A stretch of 64,000 nucleotides of DNA from Roseomonas sp. (GCA_020249435.1 JADCFQ010000020.1:20522-84521); one strand, 5' to 3'; counted from the first letter of the stretch, positions 18,483 through 29,450 are shown. Notes: generated from the letters alone by a model not told the origin. Numbers and translations: made by a program.

Positions 18483-20333
18483 TCAGCAGGCAATGCCCCT
18501 TTGGCGCAGCGCGGCAAGGACCTGCGCGGCGCAAGCTTCGGCACTGGAATCGCCCGTATGCAGGTGGATATCGGGGTTCTCAGGTGGTTCATAAGGGCTG
18601 CCAAGACCGGTAAAATTCGGGATCAAACCAGCCTTTGCCTTGGCGTAAAGCCCCTTAGGATCACGCGTGATGCAGGTTTCAATCGGTGCATCAACATGGA
18701 TTTCGACAAAATCTTCGGCGCCCACCAATTCACGTAGCATCTGCCGATCCGCCCGGAAGGGTGAAATGAAGGAAGCAAGCACGATAAGGCCAGCATCCAT
18801 CATCAGCTTGGCGACTTCGCCGGCACGGCGGATATTTTCAACGCGATCTGCAGCGGTGAAGCCGAGGTCTCGGCATAGCCCGTGGCGCAGATTATCGCCA
18901 TCCAGGCTGTAGCAATGCCGCCCGGCTGTGAACAGCGCCTGTTCCACGAGATTGGCAATGGTGGATTTGCCCGACCCTGACAGGCCCGTAAACCATAGAA
19001 GAAGTGGACGTTGGCCGTTTCGCTCCGCCCGCGCAGTTCGGTCAATGGTGAAGTCAGCGCGATGGATGTTGCTGGCACGCCGGAGCGCGTGGCGTATCAT
19101 GCCGGCTGCGACGGTTTCATGCGTGAAGCGATCCACCAGGATAAAGGCGCCAATTGCGCGATTTTCGCTGTATTTATCCAAGGCTACCGGCTTCAGGGTC
19201 GACAGGTGGCATAGCCCCAGATCATTCATCTGAAGCGTCCGCGCCGCCACATGATCCCCCGTGTTCACATCAATCCCATGCCTGAGAGACGTAACGCGCG
19301 CCTGGGTCCAATCCTGACTGATGCGGAGCAGATAATCCCGGCCCGGCAGCATTGGTTCAGCCCCCATCCAGAGAATATCAGCTGCGAATTGATCGGAAAC
19401 TTCGGGTGGTGCCTCTGGCGCGACCAGCAGGTCCCCGCGGGCGATATCAATTTCCTCATCAAGCGTCAGTGTCACAGCCTGTCCCGCATTTGCTTCAGCC
19501 AAATCGCCATCAGCAGTGACGATGCGTTGCACCTTGGCATTACGGCCACTACTGGCCACGCGGATATTCTGACCTGTCTTTACGTGCCCGGAAACAACGG
19601 TGCCGGCATAGCCGCGAAAATTGGCATCGGGCCGATTGACCCATTGTACCGGAAAGCGAAAGGGCTGGCCGGTCCCGTCTGATTGCACATCAATTTCTTC
19701 AAGATGCTGCAGCAGGCTTGGCCCATGATACCAGGCCATATTCCCCGAGGCACTGGTCACATTATCCCCCATGCGGGCGCTGAGCGGGATGGCGGTGACA
19801 TCAGTGAAATTGAGTTTTTCGGCAAAATCCTTGTAGGTATCAATAATGGCCGCGTAGCGATCAGCGTCGAAGCTGATCAGATCCATCTTGTTCACCGCAA
19901 GCACAAGATGCCGAATGCCAAGTAGCGAACAGATCAGCGAATGGCGCTTGCTTTGCGGCAGCAAGCCCTTGGAAGCATCAATCAGAATGATGGCGAGGGA
20001 AGCGGTTGAAGCCCCGGTCGCCATATTGCGCGTATATTGCTCATGGCCTGGCGTATCAGCGACAATAAAGCTGCGGCGTGATGTGGCAAAATAGCGATAG
20101 GCGACATCAATCGTAATGCCTTGCTGGCGCTCAGCCTCAAGCCCATCCAGCAGCAGGGCGAAATCAATATCCGCGCCGGTCGTGCCGTGGCGACGGCTAT
20201 CGCGGCTGAGCGCTGCCAGCGTATCGTCAAAAATCAGCCCGCATTCATGCAATAGCCGACCGATCAGGGTGGATTTGCCATCATCCACCGAACCGCAGGT
20301 AATGAAGCGTAACAAATCGCGTTGGGCTGACAT
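18483..20333 (-). CDS. cysNC: Bifunctional sulfate adenylyltransferase subunit 1 / APS kinase (CysN/CysC, NodQ-like)
   Basis: GTPase motifs CGSVDDGKST, ADTPGHEQY, NKMD; C-terminal kinase WFTGLSGSGKST, LDGDNLRHGL. Confidence 0.95.
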   Translation of the reverse strand: MSAQRDLLRFITCGSVDDGKSTLIGRLLHECGLIFDDTLAALSRDSRRHGTTGADIDFALLLDGLEAERQQGITIDVAYRYFATSRRSFIVADTPGHEQYTRNMATGASTASLAIILIDASKGLLPQSKRHSLICSLLGIRHLVLAVNKMDLISFDADRYAAIIDTYKDFAEKLNFTDVTAIPLSARMGDNVTSASGNMAWYHGPSLLQHLEEIDVQSDGTGQPFRFPVQWVNRPDANFRGYAGTVVSGHVKTGQNIRVASSGRNAKVQRIVTADGDLAEANAGQAVTLTLDEEIDIARGDLLVAPEAPPEVSDQFAADILWMGAEPMLPGRDYLLRISQDWTQARVTSLRHGIDVNTGDHVAARTLQMNDLGLCHLSTLKPVALDKYSENRAIGAFILVDRFTHETVAAGMIRHALRRASNIHRADFTIDRTARAERNGQRPLLLWFTGLSGSGKSTIANLVEQALFTAGRHCYSLDGDNLRHGLCRDLGFTAADRVENIRRAGEVAKLMMDAGLIVLASFISPFRADRQMLRELVGAEDFVEIHVDAPIETCITRDPKGLYAKAKAGLIPNFTGLGSPYEPPENPDIHLHTGDSSAEACAAQVLAALRQRGIAC

Positions 20334-21247
20334 CAGAAATAACCCTCACGCTTTTTGCGCTCCATTGAAGCTTCCGAGTCGCTGTCGATCAAACGACCTT
20401 CGCGTTCGCTGCTGCGCGCTGCGCGCATTTCCGCAATGATTTCGGCCAGGCTGGCCGCTGTGCTTTCAACCGCACCGGAAAGCGGGTAGCAGCCAAGGGT
20501 ACGGAAGCGGACCATTTTCGTCTCCGGCGCCTCACCCGGGTTTAGCGGCAGCCGTTCATCATCCAGCATGATCCAGGTACCGGCGCGGCGCACCACAGGG
20601 CGCGGTGCTGCAAAGTAAAGCGGCACAACCGGAATATCCTCAGCCGCGATGTAATCCCAGACATCATATTCAGTCCAATTCGAAAGGGGAAAAATGCGCA
20701 TGCTTTCCCCTTGATGGAGGCGTGTATTGAACAAGGACCATAATTCGGGCCGTTGCGCGCGCGGGTCCCAGACATGGCCGGGGCCGCGGAAGGAAAAGAT
20801 GCGTTCCTTCGCGCGGGATTTTTCCTCATCGCGGCGTGCCCCGCCAAAGGCGGCATCGAAGCCGTATTTGTCGAGAGCCTGGCGCAGCGCCTCGGTCTTC
20901 ATCACTTGCGTATGGAGTGCCGATCCCGATGCAATGGGGTTGATTCCGCGCGCCAAGCCTTCCTGATTGGCATGCACCAGTAATTCCAGCCCAAGCTGCT
21001 GCGCGATACTGTCACGAAAGTGGATCATCTCCTTGAACTTCCAAGTCGTATCAATATGCAGCAGCGGAAAAGGCGGCTTGCCCGGGAAGAAAGCCTTCAT
21101 GGCAAGATGCAGCAGCACGCCGCTATCCTTGCCGATGGAATAGAGCAGCACAGGTCGGCGGAAGGCCGCTGCACCTTCGCGCAGAATACCAATGGCCTCC
21201 GCTTCCAGGCGCGCCAGATGGGGGGTAAGGCGTCGTTTTACCGGCAT
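20333..21247 (-). CDS. cysD: Sulfate adenylyltransferase subunit 2
   Basis: [40 protein letters not shown]. Confidence 0.95.
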   Translation of the reverse strand: MPVKRRLTPHLARLEAEAIGILREGAAAFRRPVLLYSIGKDSGVLLHLAMKAFFPGKPPFPLLHIDTTWKFKEMIHFRDSIAQQLGLELLVHANQEGLARGINPIASGSALHTQVMKTEALRQALDKYGFDAAFGGARRDEEKSRAKERIFSFRGPGHVWDPRAQRPELWSLFNTRLHQGESMRIFPLSNWTEYDVWDYIAAEDIPVVPLYFAAPRPVVRRAGTWIMLDDERLPLNPGEAPETKMVRFRTLGCYPLSGAVESTAASLAEIIAEMRAARSSEREGRLIDSDSEASMERKKREGYF

Positions 21248-21288
21248 GACCTCAAAATAGCGCAGTGACCGCCGCTTTCAACTGCGCC

Positions 21289-22038
21289 TTATTTCGCGAG
21301 CCACCCACCATCAACCGGGAGCGCAATCCCAGTGGTGAAGCTTGCCGTATCACTCGCCAGATAAAGCACGCCATCGGCCACTTCTTCCGGCCTGCCAAAA
21401 CGCCCCATGGCATGCCGGGCACGAGACGCCGCGCGCGCCGCTTCCGGATCAGCGCGCCGGCCCATGCTGCGTGAAAGGAGCGGCGTATCAATGGCACCCG
21501 GCACAATCGCATTCACGCGAATGTTATCGGCCACAAAATCAAGCGCCATGACGCGCGTCAGGCTCAATATCGCACCCTTGGCGGCGATATAGGCGCTATT
21601 GCCAGCCCCGCCCGCGATGGCGAGTTGCGATCCTGTGGTGATGATCGCCCCGCCACCTTGGCGCTTCATGGCCGGGATGACAGCGCGCGCCCAAAGCCAG
21701 GTGCCGCCAACATGCACGCGAAATACTGCATCCCAATCCTCGGGCTTCGTGTCCAGCACCGTACCGCCCGTAGAAAACCCCGCAGCCGCAAACAGAATAT
21801 CAATGCGCCCATAATGCTGGAGTATGGCCGCCGCATCCTCATCCGCAGCACCTGGGGCGCCAACATCGGAAACACGCGTCAATGCGCCACCAATGAGCTT
21901 CGCGGTTTCCTCAACCGCTGCCGCATCGCGATCCACCAGCGCAAGCTTGGCACCTTCTTGCGCAAATAGCACAGCGGTTGCGCGACCAATGCCAGAACCG
22001 GCGCCGGTGATGACCGCGATCTTATCCTTCAAACGCAT
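21289..22038 (-). CDS. Short-chain dehydrogenase/reductase
   Basis: TGAGSGIG, YIAAK, GRFGRPEEVA, VDGGW; AGGAGG RBS before ATG 22038. Confidence 0.9.
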   Translation of the reverse strand: MRLKDKIAVITGAGSGIGRATAVLFAQEGAKLALVDRDAAAVEETAKLIGGALTRVSDVGAPGAADEDAAAILQHYGRIDILFAAAGFSTGGTVLDTKPEDWDAVFRVHVGGTWLWARAVIPAMKRQGGGAIITTGSQLAIAGGAGNSAYIAAKGAILSLTRVMALDFVADNIRVNAIVPGAIDTPLLSRSMGRRADPEAARAASRARHAMGRFGRPEEVADGVLYLASDTASFTTGIALPVDGGWLAK

Positions 22039-22054
22039 GGTATCCTCCTGAATT

Positions 22055-22999
22055 TTATGTTGAGGCAGGCAAGCGCTTGGCATCGCGCCGCTGTTCATAG
22101 GCTTTGGCGTGCAAGAAGGCTGCCTCATGCAAGGCACTGGGCAACCCATGGCGCCGCGCGGCTTCCAACAGAAAGCCCAGGATATGATCCGCTTCAATCC
22201 GCCCGCCAGCTTCCAAATCACGCAGCATGGAGGCCGTGTAAGCGCTGGCGCCATCGCCAAAGACGCCGCGATATTGCTGCATGAAGGTATCGCTCATTGG
22301 GAAGCCTTCAGCCGCCGCGATCGCCGCATTCGCTTCCAGAATGCCATGCATAAAGCCGATACCATTGGGAGCGCGCGCGATCTCACCGACATTGGCGCGC
22401 ATCAGCACGGTGCAGATGGCGCTGGTGCCAAGATGCACCAGCTTTTCCCACATCTGCGCCATGATGTTGGGCACGGCGGTTGCCACCATGCCGGGTGCTG
22501 CGCCGAAGGCGGCAGCGATGGCCTCAACCCGTGTGCTCATGCCGCCGGCAATTTCGCCAAAGGTCAGCCAGCGCCAATCATTCAAATGCCGGATCGTGCC
22601 ATCGGGTGCCAGGCCCGCTTGAATCTTGGCAAGGCCACCAAGCACACGCTCCACCCCAAAGGCGCGTTGCAGGGTTTCGATGTGGCTGATGCCGTTCAGC
22701 ACAGGCAGGATGGCGGTGCGCGCATCCACGGCGGGGCGGATGGTCTCAATCGCCTCCGCCAAATCATAAGCCTTGCAAGTCAACAGCAGCACATCCCAGC
22801 CGGGTTGCAGCGCATCAGGCGTGATGGTTGTCACCTCGGCCTGATAATCGCCAAGGCTGCTTGAAATCCGTAACCCATCACGGGCGAGTGCGGCGGCGCG
22901 TGCGGGACGTACCAGAAAGCAAGGGTCAAGCCCCGCCTGGTGCAAACGCCCGCCAAAATAGCCACCCAAGGCGCCCGCGCCCAAAATCAAAATCCGCAT
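22055..22999 (-). CDS. panE: Ketopantoate reductase family protein (2-dehydropantoate 2-reductase)
   Basis: ILGAGALG, CKAYDL, LNG, WEK, SMLRDL..G..IEAD. Confidence 0.85.
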   Translation of the reverse strand: MRILILGAGALGGYFGGRLHQAGLDPCFLVRPARAAALARDGLRISSSLGDYQAEVTTITPDALQPGWDVLLLTCKAYDLAEAIETIRPAVDARTAILPVLNGISHIETLQRAFGVERVLGGLAKIQAGLAPDGTIRHLNDWRWLTFGEIAGGMSTRVEAIAAAFGAAPGMVATAVPNIMAQMWEKLVHLGTSAICTVLMRANVGEIARAPNGIGFMHGILEANAAIAAAEGFPMSDTFMQQYRGVFGDGASAYTASMLRDLEAGGRIEADHILGFLLEAARRHGLPSALHEAAFLHAKAYEQRRDAKRLPAST

Positions 23000-23128
23000 C
23001 CGACCCTCATGCCAAGCAAGGCCGCAAGGTTAGCGCAAAGCGCCGGCCCTGCGAATGCCAGCCGGCCCCGTTACCCAAGCATGGATTTCGGGACATGCAG
23101 GTTGCGAAAACCCTGCTATGCTGTCCCG

Positions 23129-24739
23129 ATGCGGAAATGGCTGATTGCCCTTGTTGTTGTGCTTGGTGCCGGCGCTGCCTGGTGGGCGGCGGGCTTGCCG
23201 CGCCCTGGTTTCCTGGAAGCAGATGGCCGCGCTGGCGTGCCCAAGCTTCGCACTGCCACGCTTGATCGCGGGTCCATTACCGCCGTGGTGGCGGCAACAG
23301 GCACAGTGAATCCAGTGACGCTGGTGCAGGTAGGCAGCCAATTATCCGGCCAGATTCGCGAATTGCTGGCGGATTTCAATTCCAAGGTCACCGCCGATCA
23401 GCCGATTGCACAATTGGATACCGCAACGCTTGAAGCCCGTCGCGCGGCGGCCGAGGCCGATGTGCATGCCGCCGCTGCGCAAATCACCGTTTCTCGCGCG
23501 CAGGCGGAACGCGCGGTGGCGGATCACGCGCAAGCGAAGGCACAGATCGAAGCGGTGCGCGCCGCACTTCTGGGCGCCGAGGCCAGCCTGCGCGATGCCG
23601 AGGTTGAAGCCGCGCGCACCGCAGAATTGCGCGCCCGCGGCGTGGGCACGGAACGTGAGGCCCTGCGCGCCGGCTTCACCGCTGATCGGCTGCGCGCTGC
23701 AGTGGCGCAGGCTCAGGCGGATATTTCGCGCGCCGATGCCGCGTTGCTTGCGGCTGAGGCTGCGGCCCGCACCGCGGATGCCCAGGTGGAAGCCGCCATT
23801 GCCGCGCGCGAACAAAGGGTGGCGCAGCTTCGTCAGGTGGCGGTGGATCTGCGTAACGCCACGATCAAATCACCGATTGATGGCGTTGTTGTCTCTCGCA
23901 ATATTGATGTCGGGCAAACTGTCGCGGCGTCTTTCCAATCCCCCATCCTGTTCCAGATCGCCGCCAGCCTGGATGAGATGGAAGTCCATGCGACAGTGGA
24001 TGAAGCCGATATCGGCCGCGTGCGTGCAGGCCAGGAAGTGACCTTCACTGTCGCCTCCTACCCCAATGAAACTTTGCGTGGCCGTGTGAAGGAAATCCGC
24101 CTGGCAGCGACCACGGTACAGAATGTGGTGACCTATACGGTCGTGGTGAATACCTCCAATACCTCTGGCCGATTGCTGCCAGGCATGACAGCGACTTTGC
24201 GCATCATTACCGATATCCGCAATGATGTCTTGCGTGTGCCGAATGCAGCGCTGCGGTGGCGACCGGCGGGTAGTGCCGCCACTCCAGGCAGTGCGGCACA
24301 AACACAAGGTGGTGGCCAGCAGATGGACCAGGCGCTGGCGCAGCTTTCGGATTTGACTGAGGCGCAGCGCACGGAAATTGAAGCCGCGCGCGCGGAAATG
24401 CGCTCCCGTATGGCGGCGCTCCCGCAGGACCCGGATGCGCGGCGCCAGCAGGCACAAGCGGCACGCCAGCGCCTGATTGCGCGGTTGAATGCGGTACTCA
24501 CGCCAGATCAGCGCGCACGCCTTGCAGCACTTCGCGGCAATGCCGCCGCTGGTCAGGCGGGCACCGTTTGGGTGCAGGAAGGTGAGGCGCCGCCGCGCGC
24601 CATACAGCTGCGCATTGGCCTGACCGATGGCAGTGTCACTGAAATCATCAGCGGCGATATCGCGGAAGGGATCGCGGTGGTCATCGGCCAGGAACGCGCC
24701 GGTGCTGCCCCGGCTTCCGCCGCGCGGCGGCTTTTCTGA
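23129..24739 (+). CDS. MacA-like efflux periplasmic adaptor subunit
   Basis: N-terminal TM anchor, VQVGSQLSGQI, coiled-coil hairpin, IKSPIDGVV, GQTVAAS, VDEADIGRV, LLPGMTA; start ATG 23129. Confidence 0.88.
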   Translation: MRKWLIALVVVLGAGAAWWAAGLPRPGFLEADGRAGVPKLRTATLDRGSITAVVAATGTVNPVTLVQVGSQLSGQIRELLADFNSKVTADQPIAQLDTATLEARRAAAEADVHAAAAQITVSRAQAERAVADHAQAKAQIEAVRAALLGAEASLRDAEVEAARTAELRARGVGTEREALRAGFTADRLRAAVAQAQADISRADAALLAAEAAARTADAQVEAAIAAREQRVAQLRQVAVDLRNATIKSPIDGVVVSRNIDVGQTVAASFQSPILFQIAASLDEMEVHATVDEADIGRVRAGQEVTFTVASYPNETLRGRVKEIRLAATTVQNVVTYTVVVNTSNTSGRLLPGMTATLRIITDIRNDVLRVPNAALRWRPAGSAATPGSAAQTQGGGQQMDQALAQLSDLTEAQRTEIEAARAEMRSRMAALPQDPDARRQQAQAARQRLIARLNAVLTPDQRARLAALRGNAAAGQAGTVWVQEGEAPPRAIQLRIGLTDGSVTEIISGDIAEGIAVVIGQERAGAAPASAARRLF

Positions 24740-24743
24740 TTCC

Positions 24744-25484
24744 ATGACGGCCTTGATTGAAACCAGCGGCCTCACCAAGCATTACCCAGCCGGTGAGGGC
24801 GTGGTTGCCGCGTTGCAGGATGTTTCGCTTTCCATCGCACCGGGGCGCTTTGTCGCCGCCATGGGGCCATCGGGGTCTGGCAAATCCACCTTCCTCAATC
24901 TGATCGGTTGCCTGGATCGCGCGACGCGCGGCAGCTATCGCCTGATGGGTGAGGAGGTTGAGGCACTTTCCCATGACCGGCTGGCTGATCTTCGCAGTCG
25001 GCGTCTGGGTTTTGTCTTTCAATCCTTCAATTTGCTGCCGCGTGCGGATGCGCTTGCCAATGTTGAACTGCCACTGATTTATCGCGGCATGCCCCGGCGC
25101 CAGCGGCGCGAACGTGCGGCGGCGGCGCTGGCGGCGGTGGGCCTTGCGGATCGCATGCATCATCGCCCGACGCAGCTTTCCGGCGGTCAGCAGCAGCGCG
25201 TTGCGATTGCGCGCGCCATTGTCGGCAGCCCGGATTTGATACTGGCGGATGAACCGACCGGCGCCCTTGATACGCGCACCGGGCTTTCCATCATGGCGCT
25301 GTTTCAGGCGCTCAATCGTGACGGTGTCGGCATTCTGATGGTGACGCATGATGCGGATGTGGCGCGCTTTGCCGGACGCGTCTTGCGCTTTCGCGATGGG
25401 CGTTTGATTACGGATGAAACGCAGCCCGCCGCCGATGCCGCTGCCGCGCTGGCTGCCCTGCCGGAAGCGGATGCTGCTGCATGA
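24744..25484 (+). CDS. ABC transporter ATP-binding protein (MacB/LolD-like)
   Basis: [31 protein letters not shown]. Confidence 0.92.
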   Translation: MTALIETSGLTKHYPAGEGVVAALQDVSLSIAPGRFVAAMGPSGSGKSTFLNLIGCLDRATRGSYRLMGEEVEALSHDRLADLRSRRLGFVFQSFNLLPRADALANVELPLIYRGMPRRQRRERAAAALAAVGLADRMHHRPTQLSGGQQQRVAIARAIVGSPDLILADEPTGALDTRTGLSIMALFQALNRDGVGILMVTHDADVARFAGRVLRFRDGRLITDETQPAADAAAALAALPEADAAA

Positions 25485-26758
25485 GTGCGACCCTGCCGCC
25501 CATCACCGTAACCGCCAGGCGCGGCATTGATGTGCTGGAAGCCTTGCGCGGCGCGTTATCAGCGCTTTCGGCGAATCTGTTGCGTTCCATCCTGACGGCG
25601 CTTGGCATTTTCATTGGTGTTGCTGCGGTAATCGCGACCGTCGCGGTGGGGGAGGGCGCGCGGCGCCAGGTGCTGGCGCAGATCCAGTCTCTGGGTGCCA
25701 ATCTGCTGATCGTCTGGGGTGGCAGCGCCACCATGGGCGGCGTGCGGCTTGGTGCGGGTGGGCGTTCCAACCTTTCCTGGGATGATGCGGCGGCGATTGC
25801 GCGTGAGATTCCGGAAGTGCAGGTGGCAGCCGGTTCCATTCGTCAGACCTTCCAGGTTGTGGCCGGCAATCAGAACTGGTCCACCACCGTATTGGCGACC
25901 GAACCCGATTATTTCATCGCCCATGAATGGGTCGCCGATAGCGGGCGCCTGTTCTCGCCTGAAGAAGCCGCCAGCGGACGTAAGGTCGTGATCCTGGGTG
26001 CGACTGTGGCGGAGATGCTCTTCGCCGAAGAAGATCCCGTCGGGCGTGAGATTCGCATTCGCCAAACGCCTTTTGAGGTGATTGGCGTCATGGCGCGCAA
26101 GGGCCAGAATCCAATGGGCCAGGATCAGGATGACACGGTTTTCGTGCCCTATTGGACCGCACGGCGCAGCGTGATGGGCGCATCGCGCGCCAATGCGCGG
26201 CAGGTCGGCGTGATTTCCGTGAAGGTGCATGAAGGTGAGGATATGGCGGCAGCCGAGGACGCCATTCGCGCCCTGATGCGCCAGCGCCATCGCGTCGCGG
26301 CCAATGAACCGGATAGTGTTTCCATCCGCAATCTTTCCGATATCCAGGCGACGCGTGATGCCTCGGCGCGCACCCTCTCGGCCTTGCTTGCCTCTGTTGC
26401 GGCAGTGTCGCTGCTGGTGGGCGGCATTGGCGTGATGAATATCATGCTGGTGAGCGTGACAGAGCGCACGCGCGAAATTGGCCTCAGGCTCGCGATTGGG
26501 GCGCGACGACGCGATGTGCTGGCGCAATTCCTGTTGGAAGCGGTGATGCTGGCGCTATTGGGTGGCGCGGCTGGCGTGTTGGCGGGCATGGCGCTGTCGC
26601 ATATTCTGGCCGATGTGGCCGGCTGGCCGGTGCTGGTCCGGGCCGATGCGGTCCTGATTGCCGTTGGCGTTTCGGCGCTGACCGGCCTTTTCTTTGGCTT
26701 CTGGCCAGCACGCCGTGCCGCGCATTTGGACCCGATTACGGCACTCCGGCACGAATAA
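25481..26758 (+). CDS. ABC transporter permease (MacB/FtsX family)
   Basis: RSILTALGIFIGVAAV, GGIGVMNIMLVSVTERTREIGLR, QFLLEA, LDPITALRHE. Confidence 0.92.
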   Translation: MSATLPPITVTARRGIDVLEALRGALSALSANLLRSILTALGIFIGVAAVIATVAVGEGARRQVLAQIQSLGANLLIVWGGSATMGGVRLGAGGRSNLSWDDAAAIAREIPEVQVAAGSIRQTFQVVAGNQNWSTTVLATEPDYFIAHEWVADSGRLFSPEEAASGRKVVILGATVAEMLFAEEDPVGREIRIRQTPFEVIGVMARKGQNPMGQDQDDTVFVPYWTARRSVMGASRANARQVGVISVKVHEGEDMAAAEDAIRALMRQRHRVAANEPDSVSIRNLSDIQATRDASARTLSALLASVAAVSLLVGGIGVMNIMLVSVTERTREIGLRLAIGARRRDVLAQFLLEAVMLALLGGAAGVLAGMALSHILADVAGWPVLVRADAVLIAVGVSALTGLFFGFWPARRAAHLDPITALRHE

Positions 26759-26820
26759 CCCCCTTCCGTTCCGGCGCGGCGCGCGGCAGGATCAGGCAGA
26801 AGCCAATCAAGGGGAAAGCC

Positions 26821-27747
26821 ATGACCAAGGTCATCATCACCTGCGCCGTGACGGGTGCGATCCACACGCCTTCCATGTCGGATTACCTGCCGATCACGCC
26901 GAAGGAAATTGCGGAACAATCCATCGCTGCCGCGGAAGCAGGCGCTTCCATCATCCATTTGCATGCGCGTGACCCGCAAAATGGTCAGCCGACGCCGGAC
27001 CCGAAGGTGTTCATGCAATTCCTGCCCGTCATCAAGCAATCCACTGACGCGGTGATCAATATCACCACCGGCGGTGGGCTTGGTATGACTTTGGATGAAA
27101 GGCTGGCGGCGCCTTTGCTGGCGAAGCCTGAAATGTGCAGCCTGAATATGGGGTCCATGAATTTCAACATCGCGCCATCAGCGGCGCGCGTGAAGAAGTT
27201 CAAAAATGATTGGGAAAAGCCCTATCTGGAAGGCACGACCAATTACATATTCCGCAATACCTTCCAGGATATCGAACAGGTCGTGGAGCGGCTCGGCAAG
27301 GCGCATGGCACGCGCTTTGAATTTGAATGTTACGATGTTGGGCATTTGTACAATCTGGCCCATATGCTGGACCGCAAGATTGTTGAGCCGCCGCTATTCA
27401 CCCAAACCATTTTTGGCATTCTGGGTGGCATTGGTGCGGAACCACGCAACCTGATGTTCATGAAGGAAACGGCGGATCGGCTTTTCGGCAAGGATTATGT
27501 CTGGTCGGTGCTGGCGGCGGGGCGCAACCAGATGCCCTTCACCACCATGGCCGGCATGTTGGGTGGCAATGTGCGCGTTGGGCTGGAAGATAGCCTCTGG
27601 CTCGGCAAGGGCGTGCAGGCGAAATCCAATGCCGAACAGGTCGCGAAAATCCGCCGCATCCTGGAAGAGCTCAGCCTGGAAATCGCGACACCGGCGGAAG
27701 CACGCCAAATGCTGAAGCTCAAGGGCGGTGATCTCGTCGGTTTCTGA
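26821..27747 (+). CDS. Beta-keto acid cleavage enzyme (BKACE / DUF849)
   Basis: KVIITCAVTG, HLHAR, CSLNMGS, FECYD, GGNVRVGLED. Confidence 0.92.
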   Translation: MTKVIITCAVTGAIHTPSMSDYLPITPKEIAEQSIAAAEAGASIIHLHARDPQNGQPTPDPKVFMQFLPVIKQSTDAVINITTGGGLGMTLDERLAAPLLAKPEMCSLNMGSMNFNIAPSAARVKKFKNDWEKPYLEGTTNYIFRNTFQDIEQVVERLGKAHGTRFEFECYDVGHLYNLAHMLDRKIVEPPLFTQTIFGILGGIGAEPRNLMFMKETADRLFGKDYVWSVLAAGRNQMPFTTMAGMLGGNVRVGLEDSLWLGKGVQAKSNAEQVAKIRRILEELSLEIATPAEARQMLKLKGGDLVGF

Positions 27748-27773
27748 AGCAAAAAATTCGGGAGGGCCGCGCC

Positions 27774-29450
27774 ATGGCCGAAAAATACACCGTCGCCGAT
27801 CTGGTCGCGGAATTCCTGCCGCAAGTGGGTGTTTCCACCGTCTTTGGCATTGTGTCCGTGCATAATATTCCGATGCTGGATGCGATCGGCCAGCGCAATC
27901 GCCTGCGCTATGTGAAGGCGCGTGGTGAGATGGGCGGCGCGCATATGGCCGATGCCTATGCGCGCGTCACCGGCCATTTGGGCGTGATTTTCACCAGCAC
28001 GGGCCCCGGCATGGCCAATGCCATTCCGGGTTTGGTGGAAGCGCGCTTTGCCGGGAGCCCCGTGCTGCATATCACTGGGCAGACCGCCACGCGTTTCATT
28101 GATCGTGATGTTGGCACGGTGCATGACGTGCCGGGACAAACCCAGGCACTCGCGGCGGTGTGCAAGGCAGCCTATCGCGTGCGCAGCGCCAATGAGGCGT
28201 TTGGCGTGCTGGTGCGTGCAGCGGCGGAAGCGCTTTCCGCGCCGCGCGGCCCGGTTTCGGTTGAAATCCCGATTGATTTGCAACGTACGCTCATCCCTCG
28301 GCCTGCGGGGCTGGATGCGCTAGTGCTGCCCATCACCGCACCCTTGCCGCCCAATCCAGCAGAATTGGATGAGGCGGTGGCGATTCTCTCCAAGGCCAAG
28401 CGCCCGATGTTGTGGCTTGGCAATGGCGCGAAGCAGGCGGGCGCGGAAGCGGCGCGGCTGATGGCGCTCGGCTTTGGTGCTGTCTCTTCCTGGAATGGTC
28501 GTGGCATTATTCCGGAAGATCACCCCATGACGCTCGGTGCGTTGCACGGCAATGGATCGCCGCGCGTGCAGGAATTCTATGGCTCGGTGGATGCCATGCT
28601 GGTCGTGGGATCACGGCTGCGCGGGCATGAGACGATGGATTTCAACATGAAGCTGCCGCAAACGCTGATCCGCGTGGATGGCGATGCGGCGGCCAATGGG
28701 CGCGGCTATGCTTCCTCGCTTTTTCTGCATGGTGATGCGGCTTTGACTATGGCGGCACTGGCGGATCGGCTCGCGGGCAAGATGGCGGTTGATCCGGGTT
28801 TTGCGGCTGATTTCGCTGCGCTGAAATCGCGTGCCGGTCAGGAATATCGCGAAACGCTTGGCCCTTATCAGGGCTTTCCGGATGCGGTGCGCGCCGCGCT
28901 GCCGCGTGATGGCGTTTGGGTGCGTGACATCACCATTTCAAACTCCACCTGGGGCAATCGCATTTTCCCGATTTATGACCCGCGCAATGCAGTGCATCCG
29001 GTGGGTGCCGCGATTGGGCCTGGCCTCGCGCTTGGTATCGGCGCCGCGCTTGGCGCTGGTGGGCGCAAGACCATCACCATGGTGGGTGATGGCGGCTTCG
29101 CGCTTGGCATGAATGAGTTGTGGGCCGCAACACAGGAAAAAGCCGAATTGGTCACCATGGTCATGAATGATCGCGGCTATGGCGTAATTCGTCACATCCA
29201 GGATGCGCTCGCTGATGGGCGCTTGTTTGGCGATGATATTTTGAACCCGAATCTGGAAGGCCTGGCTGCCTTGGCCGGCATGCCCTTCTTCCGCATCAGC
29301 AAGGCTGAGGAAGTGACCGATGTGCTGAAAAAGGCGCTCGCGGTTTCTGGCCCTGCGCTGGTGGAGGTTGACATGATCGCGATCGGCCCATTCCCGCCCT
29401 ATGCGCCCTTCAACACCATGGGCAAGCATGCGGAACGTGCGGCGCGTTGA
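27774..29450 (+). CDS. Thiamine-pyrophosphate-dependent enzyme (acetolactate synthase/decarboxylase family)
   Basis: FGIVSVHNIP, ARGEMGG, STGPG, TPP motif GDGG..(x24)..N. Confidence 0.9.
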   Translation: MAEKYTVADLVAEFLPQVGVSTVFGIVSVHNIPMLDAIGQRNRLRYVKARGEMGGAHMADAYARVTGHLGVIFTSTGPGMANAIPGLVEARFAGSPVLHITGQTATRFIDRDVGTVHDVPGQTQALAAVCKAAYRVRSANEAFGVLVRAAAEALSAPRGPVSVEIPIDLQRTLIPRPAGLDALVLPITAPLPPNPAELDEAVAILSKAKRPMLWLGNGAKQAGAEAARLMALGFGAVSSWNGRGIIPEDHPMTLGALHGNGSPRVQEFYGSVDAMLVVGSRLRGHETMDFNMKLPQTLIRVDGDAAANGRGYASSLFLHGDAALTMAALADRLAGKMAVDPGFAADFAALKSRAGQEYRETLGPYQGFPDAVRAALPRDGVWVRDITISNSTWGNRIFPIYDPRNAVHPVGAAIGPGLALGIGAALGAGGRKTITMVGDGGFALGMNELWAATQEKAELVTMVMNDRGYGVIRHIQDALADGRLFGDDILNPNLEGLAALAGMPFFRISKAEEVTDVLKKALAVSGPALVEVDMIAIGPFPPYAPFNTMGKHAERAAR

